Shown piece after piece: positions 1 to 8,405 of a DNA stretch of 35,473 nt. The stretch is taken from the IMG/VR virus record IMGVR_UViG_3300042363_000337, positions 1 to 35,473 of that record; one strand, 5' to 3'. Made by a program: the position numbers and the translations under genes. The notes under the pieces were generated by a model. That model was not told the origin of the DNA. It did not search any database and saw only the letters and a program-made list of their open reading frames with translations. Each line of letters begins with the position of its first letter. Position 1 is the stretch's first letter. This DNA is from a virus (Duplodnaviria > Caudoviricetes).

Positions 1-3000
1 ATGCCCTTGGGCTTTTCACCTGGCTTGTCCTTCTTGGGCTTGGCCCTCTCAAAGATCCTGTAAAGCTCCTCGTCGTATTCGTTGGAGAGGTATTTCTCTA
101 ACTGCTCGTCGATCATGCGGACACGATCACGGAAGAAGTTGGCGAGGAATGTGTCACCAGTTCCCCCACGGGCTAGGACTCCAAACCCTCCCACCTTGCC
201 TCTCACCTCTGCCGGCAACTGGCGCAAGATGACCTCAAGCTCGGCAATGCCTTGGATGAGCTTCGCCCTGCGGATCTTCTCCGGGGCAGCGCCACCCTCC
301 TTGAGTGCGTCTAGGATGTCCTTATTCTCTGCGAGGACTGCCTTAAAGCGTTCCTTGGCCCTCTCGTAGAGTGCCATGCGCCCCTCGGCAAACTGCGTTG
401 TGTCTGCGACTGCCTTGTTGACGCGATCAATTTGCGATTGGGATTGGATGGAGAAGGACTTGATTTGCTCTGTGGCAATGCGTTGGGCAACGGCAACAAG
501 GTTTTCAAATGCGTTGTCATCTGATCCACCTCGTTCCCCGTACATCTCCATTTCATCACGCCGAGCATCTCGGTACTCCCTGACGGCATCCTCTAGCTCT
601 TGGTTGTCCAATTCACCAGCAAGCCCGTCTAGTTCGTTTACTACATCGGCAGGGGTGGCAACCGATTCATCCCCGTCATTGTATCGGTCTAGGACATCTT
701 GAATGGGGCTTTTTGGTTCGGCCTTTTTCTTGGTGGCTCCCTTTTTGCCCTTGGGGGCATAGAATGACTTCCACTCGGCAAGTTGCTTTTCAATTTGGGC
801 AACATCATCAGGGTTAATCTTCTGATCCTTGAAATAGGCATTCCAGAACTCGGCAGAACCTCTTGCCTGATTGATTTTGCCAAACTCCTCGATTGATCCA
901 AAGAAGCGCTCCTTGTCCTTATCGGAAAGCTCGGACGCCTTTTCTTGAAGGTCGGGGTTTTCCCGAATCGAAAACCTTATGTCGTTGCTCTCTGGGTTGA
1001 ACCTCTGCGAAAGCGGGATGACGTTGCCGGCATCGTCGCGGGTGATCGGGTCTGCGGATTTAATTTGGGATGGGTCTGCTACTGCATAGATTGTAGATGG
1101 GCGTGTATTCCCGCCCTCAAAGGATGGGTCAACTGCGTTTTTAACCACTACAACATCATGCCCAGACTCAATCAAATCATTGACCTTGGGGTTAATGTGT
1201 ATCTGGTCAATTCTTCCAGCATCAATTTCAGCTTTGTTATTTCCCTTGATGGCAACATTAAAAACTTTGGCAGCACCATCTTGCCTGATACCCACCCCTT
1301 CGTATTGGTCTGCCTCCTCCAGCAGTTCTATTGCTTTTTCAAGGTCTCCATATTCCTTCTTGGGGATTTTGAGTTTCTGAAGCTCCTCGTTAGCAAAAAA
1401 GAACTTTCTAGGATTGGAGTTTGGAACTGAATCCAAAAACCCATTCAAGGCGGCATTTACTTTATCGTATGCTTCGTCGTACCCTCGCAACAACTCCATG
1501 CCTCGTGGCCCATATCTGGTTTCAGAATACTCGCCAGCAAGTTCTTTGTCTGAAGTGAAATAGATTGGGCCATGCTCAACGTCAGCAATAGTCCAATCTG
1601 CTTTTGTGCCGTGGTATGCACGAAGATCATACCCCGCCTCCTTTGCAGCCTCGTCAACAAGCCTCTGCTGCTCTGCCTCGTCGCCTGACTTGACTGCCGC
1701 ATCGTATGCCTCGTCGCGGGCGCGGATGGAGAAGGAGCTTGCACCCTGTTCTCCCTCAATCCTGTTGACCTCACGTTCAATCATGGTGGCGTCACTCAAG
1801 CCGATCTTGCCCATGAGGTATCGTTCAAACTCTGCGTCAATCTTGCCGTCGGCAAATGCCTGATCTAGCAGCTTGGCCCTACGCATGAACTCCACAAACT
1901 CGGTGTAGAGCTTCTTGAGGAATGCAACGAAAGAGGAGGGGAGGTTGGTCTGGTCTATCTTGTTCCGAGCGAAATCCTGGGCAATCTGCGCCATGCTCTC
2001 CCTGACCTCGGCATCGGTTCCAAACTTGTATCCTGCAACGCCGGCGGCGGCAGTCTGACTGACCCACTCACGGGCCTGCTCCTTGGTGATGCGACCCTCG
2101 GCAATATCGATGTCAAAGATGTTGTGGGCAAGCTCCTCAAAGGCAACTTCTACGTTGTGGCCTTCGTTCAGCTTCACAAAAGCCTTGTATTGCCCCTCGG
2201 CGTATCGAGTGATCCAACTCTCTCCGTGAATGCGCAGCTTCGCTATCTCGGCGGGATCGTTGCCGTGCGCCTTGATGCTGGCCTCTATTGCTTCAACCAT
2301 CTTGGTGTCGCCTCTAGCCTTTGCGTCATTGAGCAACTGCTCCGGGGTCACCTCTCCCCCAAAGATAGCCTCAAAGTTGGGGAGCTTGGCTTTCCTCCAA
2401 TCGGAGTCCAGAAGGTCGGCAACGAGGTTTGCCTCATTCTTGATCTCGGCCTCGCCTCTATCGGCAATGATGGTGACTGCTTCCAGTTCACTTGCTACAC
2501 GGGCTACCTCCTTGCCGGCAGGGTCACGCACGATCCATTCGTTACTGCCGTCTGCCTTGGTGCTTACTTCAACTGTGTCACGGGGTCTATTGGCCTTTGC
2601 CTCTTCAATGCTGGATTCGTAGAGGCTCTTGCCTGCGGCAATATCGGACTCCTTGCGCTTGCTCCATTCCTGTTCAACACGGGTAGCCTTCTCCTCAAGT
2701 GAGGATGCCTGATTGATGTAGTCCCTCTGTGCAGGCCCGAATCCTGCCATTGCAAGTTGCCTGTCTGCCAACTGCATAGCGGGGTTCTTGAGGTCACGAT
2801 AGGTGCCGATACCTCCACCGATGAGGGCGAGGGGAAGCACGGCAAAGAAGGTCTCGGCCCTGCTCCCCACATAATCCTTCATCAGTTCACCGAAATCCTT
2901 GTCGGGCATATCCTCGCGGAGTGCTGCCGCCATCGTCTCGGTGAGGGGGGCAATAAGATCCTGCGCTCCCTCCTGCAAGTTCTGCTCAAGTATCTCAACT

Positions 3001-4496
3001 CCAACCGTGGTCAGCACCCTGCGGATGCCGTTGTTCTTGATGCCATTCAGTAGCCCACCAAAGACGGGGAGCTTTCCGTTGATCGCTCCCAACTGGAGGC
3101 GATCCAAGGCGGCATTGCCGGCACCTTCAAAGAGGGCAAGACCCTTTGCGGCGTTGCGTTGCATTTCTGGATTCTCAAGCATGATGCGGTCAAACTCTTG
3201 AGCCTGGTATGCCATCATTCCCAAGACGGGATTGATTGCCACAGGCACCATGATGCCGATTGATCCTGCTAGGCCATAAGCTCCACGTTCTGCCGCCCCC
3301 ATGATTCCCCCTTCATAGACCGGCCTGATGGGGTCAACTTGGGCTTTAGCTGCGTTGCGAAGCTCGCGGATGACTCCGAAGGTCTTGAGATCCTTCTCGG
3401 CCTCTGCCTTGAGGGTTGCCACCTCTTCGGGCGTGGCCTGCCGTCCCGTCATGTCAATGTTGATCGCGGACCCCACAACTGCCTGCGAGGGGCGGAAGAC
3501 ATCGTTGAGAGCAGGGGTTCCCTCCCTCCTGCGTAACCATACCTTGCCCGTGGCGAGGGTGTCGCGCATCTCAATAAATGCGTCCTCTTGAAGTTGCAGG
3601 CTTCCTTGGGGAATGAAGTCAAAGGTTCGGGCTAGGGAGTTACCCATGTTGATCGCAAACTGCTCAATCCCTGCCCTGTCAATGTGACCGGCCTCTGCCG
3701 CAAGCCCAATGTAGGAGTAGACTTTCTGCCTCTCCTCCGGGGTCGAGGAGGACAGATGCTCGGCAACTTGGGCGATGCGCTCGTCATCGGCCTTCCCCTG
3801 CGTGAAATCCATGAGGGCGGAGAATGTTTCAGCACCCCTGCCTCTAATGCTTTCGATGTCCTTGAGGGTCTGGTTGTAGACCCTGTTAGCCTGTGCGTGG
3901 AAGCCGGCATCACCTCCGATGAGGTCTTTGTGCTGCTCCTCCCATTGCTTCACATACTCGGTGGGAAGCCCGACCAATGCGCGGTTCTTGCCCATTCCCG
4001 TGTCTTGGAAAGCCTTCAAGACCACATTGCCGTAGAGTTCGTTGAGTGCGGTTTGCTTGGAATCCTCAACCTTGAACTCCTCTTGGAACTTGGATCGCAT
4101 TCCAGACTCGCTGATGGTTGCATCCCATCCCTTGTTCCTTGCGTAGCCGGTCTTGTATTGCTCATAGTTCCGCATCACATCATCCAAGGGTCTTCCCATC
4201 CTGTAGGCTAGGTTGAGCATGACGGATGCCGTGTCGCTTGTACCTGGGGCTAGGTCGTCGGAGTCTTGCAGGGCAGGGTAGAGTTTATACAACTCCTTCT
4301 GGTCTAGGGAGTTTTTTGCCAAGACTCGCTCTTGCTTCCGCTTGCTCTCAATGGACTGCTCATCTGCCACCTTTGCCGCCCCCATGTTTGAGGTGCTTTC
4401 GATGGCATTCAACTGCTGCATCGAAGCATCATCCGCTAGGTGGGCATCTCCCATAGGGGAGGGGTCTTGTGATGTTAGGGAGTCAATATCAGACAT
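1..4496 (-). CDS. Large internal virion/ejection polyvalent protein (3' truncated, >1,490 aa) with a degenerate zincin-like motif and an ART-PolyVal-like domain
   Basis: Translated by hand from ATG 4496 (MSDIDSLTSQDP...); no stop before the window edge, so absent from the ORF track. Contains EELAH (~2124-2138) and AYHGT...IYFTS...DPSQIKSADPITRDDAGNVIPLSQRFNPESNDIRFS (~965-1650). Position matches the last internal virion gene. Confidence 0.85.
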   Translation of the reverse strand, partial: MSDIDSLTSQDPSPMGDAHLADDASMQQLNAIESTSNMGAAKVADEQSIESKRKQERVLAKNSLDQKELYKLYPALQDSDDLAPGTSDTASVMLNLAYRMGRPLDDVMRNYEQYKTGYARNKGWDATISESGMRSKFQEEFKVEDSKQTALNELYGNVVLKAFQDTGMGKNRALVGLPTEYVKQWEEQHKDLIGGDAGFHAQANRVYNQTLKDIESIRGRGAETFSALMDFTQGKADDERIAQVAEHLSSSTPEERQKVYSYIGLAAEAGHIDRAGIEQFAINMGNSLARTFDFIPQGSLQLQEDAFIEMRDTLATGKVWLRRREGTPALNDVFRPSQAVVGSAINIDMTGRQATPEEVATLKAEAEKDLKTFGVIRELRNAAKAQVDPIRPVYEGGIMGAAERGAYGLAGSIGIMVPVAINPVLGMMAYQAQEFDRIMLENPEMQRNAAKGLALFEGAGNAALDRLQLGAINGKLPVFGGLLNGIKNNGIRRVLTTVGVEILEQNLQEGAQDLIAPLTETMAAALREDMPDKDFGELMKDYVGSRAETFFAVLPLALIGGGIGTYRDLKNPAMQLADRQLAMAGFGPAQRDYINQASSLEEKATRVEQEWSKRKESDIAAGKSLYESSIEEAKANRPRDTVEVSTKADGSNEWIVRDPAGKEVARVASELEAVTIIADRGEAEIKNEANLVADLLDSDWRKAKLPNFEAIFGGEVTPEQLLNDAKARGDTKMVEAIEASIKAHGNDPAEIAKLRIHGESWITRYAEGQYKAFVKLNEGHNVEVAFEELAHNIFDIDIAEGRITKEQAREWVSQTAAAGVAGYKFGTDAEVRESMAQIAQDFARNKIDQTNLPSSFVAFLKKLYTEFVEFMRRAKLLDQAFADGKIDAEFERYLMGKIGLSDATMIEREVNRIEGEQGASSFSIRARDEAYDAAVKSGDEAEQQRLVDEAAKEAGYDLRAYHGTKADWTIADVEHGPIYFTSDKELAGEYSETRYGPRGMELLRGYDEAYDKVNAALNGFLDSVPNSNPRKFFFANEELQKLKIPKKEYGDLEKAIELLEEADQYEGVGIRQDGAAKVFNVAIKGNNKAEIDAGRIDQIHINPKVNDLIESGHDVVVVKNAVDPSFEGGNTRPSTIYAVADPSQIKSADPITRDDAGNVIPLSQRFNPESNDIRFSIRENPDLQEKASELSDKDKERFFGSIEEFGKINQARGSAEFWNAYFKDQKINPDDVAQIEKQLAEWKSFYAPKGKKGATKKKAEPKSPIQDVLDRYNDGDESVATPADVVNELDGLAGELDNQELEDAVREYRDARRDEMEMYGERGGSDDNAFENLVAVAQRIATEQIKSFSIQSQSQIDRVNKAVADTTQFAEGRMALYERAKERFKAVLAENKDILDALKEGGAAPEKIRRAKLIQGIAELEVILRQLPAEVRGKVGGFGVLARGGTGDTFLANFFRDRVRMIDEQLEKYLSNEYDEELYRIFERAKPKKDKPGEKPKG

Positions 4497-4510
4497 GAAG
4501 GTAGGCGCTA

Positions 4511-4539
4511 AACCTAAAACCCAGCGTAAATTAAATCAA
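4511..4539 (-). promoter_or_regulatory. Sigma70-like promoter for the large internal protein gene
   Basis: TTGATT-N17-TAGGTT, 14 nt upstream of ATG 4496. Confidence 0.5.
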
Positions 4540-4559
4540 TCGGAAAAGGGTTATTTCTG

Positions 4560-4587
4560 TTGACGATATAACCCGGCGTGTTATTTT
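4560..4587 (+). promoter_or_regulatory. Sigma70-like promoter driving a small structured RNA
   Basis: TTGACG-N16-TATTTT with TGn extended -10. Confidence 0.55.
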
Positions 4588-4593
4588 TCCAAC

Positions 4594-4687
4594 AGTTCTG
4601 AACGTCGCACCGTTCCAACGACATTTTCTCTAGTTAGAGAAAGGGCCTGTTCCGAGGGTGCGACTTCGGGGCAGGCCCTTTTACTTT
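4594..4687 (+). ncRNA. Small RNA/attenuator with kissing-loop potential, ending in an intrinsic terminator
   Basis: Hairpin GAACG-TCGCAC-CGTTC (4600-4615); terminator AAAGGGCCTGTTCCGA-GGGTGCGACT-TCGGGGCAGGCCCTTT (4640-4681) then TACTTT; GTCGCACC/GGTGCGAC are complementary. Confidence 0.6.
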
Positions 4688-5003
4688 GGTAAATCCTGCC
4701 AAGAACTTGACCAATTAGGAATCGAGATTGTGTCGGCCTTTTTGGAAGAAGTCAGGCTATGGTGAACCAAAACTCCACACCCTGTAGTTAAGCCACAAGG
4801 GGAAACACCCTGACTCCATTTTCGGGGGTCAGCAGTTTCTTCTTTCTTTGGCTCTCTCTTTCTCAAGGAAAACCTTGGGGGGATCAGGGGGGTGTTTCTC
4901 TCTGTCTTTGGTTTCTTCTTTACGGTTGGGACTGCAAAAACCGCACAAGCCCTCAAAAAAAACACGGTTGACACCATGCCGTTAGCGGAGCGATGTTCAT
5001 CCC

Positions 5004-5267
5004 ATGAAGACCATGCCGATACTCATTGCGTTGCTTCTCGTTGGAAATGCGTTTGGTTGGGAGGCTGTTGAAAGATCGGATGAAACAATCGCAAGATTGC
5101 ATCCAAGGCCCGCTGTTCCGGGTGGGATTGAAATGGCGGAAAAGGCCGCTAAAGCACAGACACCCTATGTGCCTACCCCCGAAAAGCCCCCCTCTCCCTC
5201 CTCAACTTCCTATAGCCTTATCACGCTTCCTGACGGAAAGACTGCCTCGGTGCTGACCTTCAAGTAG
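5004..5267 (+). CDS. Small exported protein, moron-like (only convincing plus-strand CDS)
   Basis: Signal-peptide-like N-terminus (MKTMPILIALLLVGNAFG); TTGACA at 4968-4973; fills the gap and converges on the next gene's stop. Confidence 0.65.
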   Translation: MKTMPILIALLLVGNAFGWEAVERSDETIARLHPRPAVPGGIEMAEKAAKAQTPYVPTPEKPPSPSSTSYSLITLPDGKTASVLTFK

Positions 5268-5268
5268 G

Positions 5269-7101
5269 TTATCCCTGCCCGTCCTCGGTGTATTTCTCCA
5301 CCTTGGCGACCTTCACCCCGTCGAGGGGTTGGTTGCCGTCTGGTGAGTAGATGTCCACGCGACCCTTGAGGCGGCTGCTGGTACGGTCATCGAACCTCTT
5401 CACCATCTTCTCTCCGTTGGCAAGGGTGACTACTACCTTATCCCCGATCTTGGCGCCGGTGGACTTCTCTAGGTCAGGGGAGAGGGCAATGCTCTCACCT
5501 GGGATTAGCTGATTGTCTGCGGCTCCAATCCCACGGGCAGAGTTGGAGTCATAGTCAGCTTGCCCCGGCTTTTCGTATCCGTACTTGGTGATCTTTCCGG
5601 CGGAGTCTCCCGCATCATTGGAAGCCTGTGGTTTTCCACCATCCATCCAATCCATAGCCCTCTTGATCCACCCCTTCGGCTTGGTGTCATTAAGAAGCAC
5701 GGCAGCAGATGACTCCTTGCGGTATTGCATTAAAAACTCTTTCTTGGCCTCATTAAGAGTCCCTTGGTTCCTTCCAGAGATTGTTCTCCAATCGGTCTCC
5801 GCTTGCTTGAAGGCTTCGACGGCACCTTTTGTTTCTGGAGATCCAAAGACGCCCCCTTTGTACCAGTTATAAAGTGTACTGCTCATCTCGTAGCGTTGCT
5901 TAATCTCGTCAGGAAGCTCTCCCTTGTTATCCTTCCTGCTATTGCGAATCTGTTTGGCCTCTTTAAGGAACCTCTCTGAATCTGCCGCCGGCAGGGTTCC
6001 AGCCATCCTTGTGAGTTTTTCGTAATCAAAATTGAGATTGCCTGCTTCTCCTTTTGCAAAAGAAGCAAGCATCCCCAAAGAATCACCAACGGCCCTGTTC
6101 CCATCTGGGGTGTCGGCAAGCACCTCATTGACCAATTTGCTTTCTGTGGCCTGCTTCCACTCCGGGGAGAGCTTCTGGTAGGATTGCAACTTCTTCAACT
6201 GTGCAACGGTCTTGATTTCTCCAGAGTTAATCAGGTCGTAGACTGCTGTGCCTTCTTCGGCCTGATTGTACTTCACGACATTCTCTGCAATCTTGGCCTT
6301 GTTGGCGTATTCTTTTGATGAAAGGCTTTCCAAGCCTGGGACAACACCACCTGTATCTGCGGCTTTCTTAAACTCTGATGCTGCCAATTCTGGGTTCTCT
6401 TGGATTTTTAGATTGGCAAAGTTGTTGGCCTTGGTTGCCTCAATCGTCGCAAAAATCTCTTCCTTCTGCTTGGGGTTGAAAAGTCCTGCTTGGGTAGCCT
6501 TTTCTGCATCGGCATAGGCTCCCCCTGAATCCCATTGCTTCGCCTTCTGCACGATCCCATCCCATGCCGTGACAAACTTGTTGGAAAGATCCTGCTGGTG
6601 TGCGACATGACTCGCATCGGCAAATCCCTTGTTTCTGGCGTGTGAGTAATCAAGGTAGATGCTCTGCTGAACAGATGTAGGTTGCGATTTGTAAAAAGCA
6701 CCAACCTCCTCATCATACCTCTTGGTGTATTGGCTTCCGAGGGTCTGGTAGTTGGAATAATCTGCCGATGACCAGAAATTGCTGTTAAACTCTGCGACCC
6801 TAGTTCCGAGGTCTATCTTGGCGACATCGGTTTCCAACTTCTGCTGCTTGTCCATGTAGGAGTCAGCAAGTTTGAATGCTCCCTGCCCCACTTGAGCGAC
6901 TGCCGAGCCGATAGCGCCTGCGGCCCTGACATCCTCATTGGCGGCGCGGTTACTCCTGATGACGGAATCATACCCACGGGCGACTGCCGCCCTCTCTCCG
7001 CTGAAGTCCACTTTTGGGACGTTGACGTTGTTGACTTGGGGCGCCGACATCGAAGAGAGGTCGGGAGCGTTGGGGATCTGGGAAAGGGGTATCTGTGCCA
7101 T
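5269..7101 (-). CDS. Internal virion protein with C-terminal 3D (double-psi beta-barrel) peptidoglycan-active domain
   Basis: Helical body; C-terminus KITKYG...IALSPD...IGDKVVV...DDRTSSRLKGRVDIY fits the 3D pattern; synteny. Confidence 0.75.
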   Translation of the reverse strand: MAQIPLSQIPNAPDLSSMSAPQVNNVNVPKVDFSGERAAVARGYDSVIRSNRAANEDVRAAGAIGSAVAQVGQGAFKLADSYMDKQQKLETDVAKIDLGTRVAEFNSNFWSSADYSNYQTLGSQYTKRYDEEVGAFYKSQPTSVQQSIYLDYSHARNKGFADASHVAHQQDLSNKFVTAWDGIVQKAKQWDSGGAYADAEKATQAGLFNPKQKEEIFATIEATKANNFANLKIQENPELAASEFKKAADTGGVVPGLESLSSKEYANKAKIAENVVKYNQAEEGTAVYDLINSGEIKTVAQLKKLQSYQKLSPEWKQATESKLVNEVLADTPDGNRAVGDSLGMLASFAKGEAGNLNFDYEKLTRMAGTLPAADSERFLKEAKQIRNSRKDNKGELPDEIKQRYEMSSTLYNWYKGGVFGSPETKGAVEAFKQAETDWRTISGRNQGTLNEAKKEFLMQYRKESSAAVLLNDTKPKGWIKRAMDWMDGGKPQASNDAGDSAGKITKYGYEKPGQADYDSNSARGIGAADNQLIPGESIALSPDLEKSTGAKIGDKVVVTLANGEKMVKRFDDRTSSRLKGRVDIYSPDGNQPLDGVKVAKVEKYTEDGQG

Positions 7102-7107
7102 AATGAT

Positions 7108-7923
7108 TTACTTAATTCCGAGGAAACCCATTTTCCCCTTGTATTTCCCATCAACGGCAAGCTGACCAACGGAACCCAAGAGGCTTCCTGTTGCGCTGAT
7201 ATACCCTGCCGTTGCCGTGTCATTTGCGGCTTGAATGGAGTTATTGTAGGAGGCGTTGGCAAAGCTCACGTTGTTGTCATAGGCGAGGTTGCTCATCTTC
7301 TTGTTCCAATCCGCCATCTGCATCCCGTATTCGTACTGCTTGGAAAGCTCCATCTGCACCTGACCCTGGTAGGCTTGAAGGCTTCCCTTCCAATCGGTGT
7401 CGAGGGCGGCAAGGTTGGTCTTGTAAGCGGCATCCATTCGGGCGAGTTGTGCGGCCCCTGCATTGTGGGCCTCCACCATGAGAGGGCTTCCCGTGTCGGC
7501 GGCAATCCCGCTTGCCCCGTACTGCGCCTCTACTGCACTCGCAACCATCTCTTCCTGCTGGTAGGATCGGTTAATCTGCTCAAACCCCTGACGTTCCTGT
7601 GAACGGGCGTACTGGTGCAGGATCTTGGCGTTATCAGAGTATTGCTGGGCCTGCGCCCTTGCGGTCTTGAGGTTTAACTCGTTCTGGTAGCGGGAGATTT
7701 GAGCTTGGGCCTGCGCGGATGCTCGTTCGTATGAGGCATTGGCAAGGGCTGCGCTTCTGTTCGCGGAGGCATTGCGCTTCTTCGCCTCGCTAGAGGAGTA
7801 GGCGGAGTATGCCATTCCTCCTGCCGTGACAACTGTAGCCGCTGTTGCCGCCCATACCTCATACACCGGGAAGTGCCGGTGTCTGGCCTCTGCTAGAGTC
7901 TGGGGAGGAATTAGGAAGCGCAT
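7108..7923 (-). CDS. Internal virion protein (T7 gp14-like position)
   Basis: Ala/Gln-rich, with AQYGASGIAADTGSPLMV motif; ATG 7923 preferred over the upstream start. Confidence 0.75.
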   Translation of the reverse strand: MRFLIPPQTLAEARHRHFPVYEVWAATAATVVTAGGMAYSAYSSSEAKKRNASANRSAALANASYERASAQAQAQISRYQNELNLKTARAQAQQYSDNAKILHQYARSQERQGFEQINRSYQQEEMVASAVEAQYGASGIAADTGSPLMVEAHNAGAAQLARMDAAYKTNLAALDTDWKGSLQAYQGQVQMELSKQYEYGMQMADWNKKMSNLAYDNNVSFANASYNNSIQAANDTATAGYISATGSLLGSVGQLAVDGKYKGKMGFLGIK

Positions 7924-8360
7924 GGGAGTGACTTCCTTTCGTAGCAAGCCTGCTGAAATCCCTCTGGCAGAAGGCTCTCATCGGCGGCATCGGTGAACAT
8001 ATCGGTGATCTTGTCAGGGTCGGTCTCCTGCGTGACGAAGCAACCGGCCCAAACCGTGTTCTCATGGACAAGGATCGTCCGCCTTGTGCCGGCCTTGGTG
8101 ACTCCGATGTGAGGGGCGACCAGTTCTTCCCTGTTGCCTTCGTGGTCAACCAAGGAGCATTTGCCTTCCAGAAGAAAGAAAGGTGAGTCGTATTTGTGGA
8201 CTCGGCTACAGACAATCGTACCCGCCGGCATCTGGATAACCCTAGTGTAGAGGCTAGGCGTAAAGATGTGCTTGAGAGGCAGTTCCACTTGCGGACAACG
8301 GGAAACAATCGACTCCACGAAGTCCTGCGCCTCCCTGTTGGTGATATTAGCAAGTTCCAT
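7911..8360 (-). CDS. Cupin-fold virion-module protein
   Basis: HIFTPSLYTRVIQMPAGT...RVHK...LLEGK...KAGTRR cupin-like pattern; lies between tail tubular B and internal proteins. Confidence 0.65.
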   Translation of the reverse strand: MELANITNREAQDFVESIVSRCPQVELPLKHIFTPSLYTRVIQMPAGTIVCSRVHKYDSPFFLLEGKCSLVDHEGNREELVAPHIGVTKAGTRRTILVHENTVWAGCFVTQETDPDKITDMFTDAADESLLPEGFQQACYERKSLPCAS

Positions 8361-8405
8361 TTAAGAGTGATTTCGTATGCGAATTAAAGAGAAAAAGCAA
8401 GTAAG

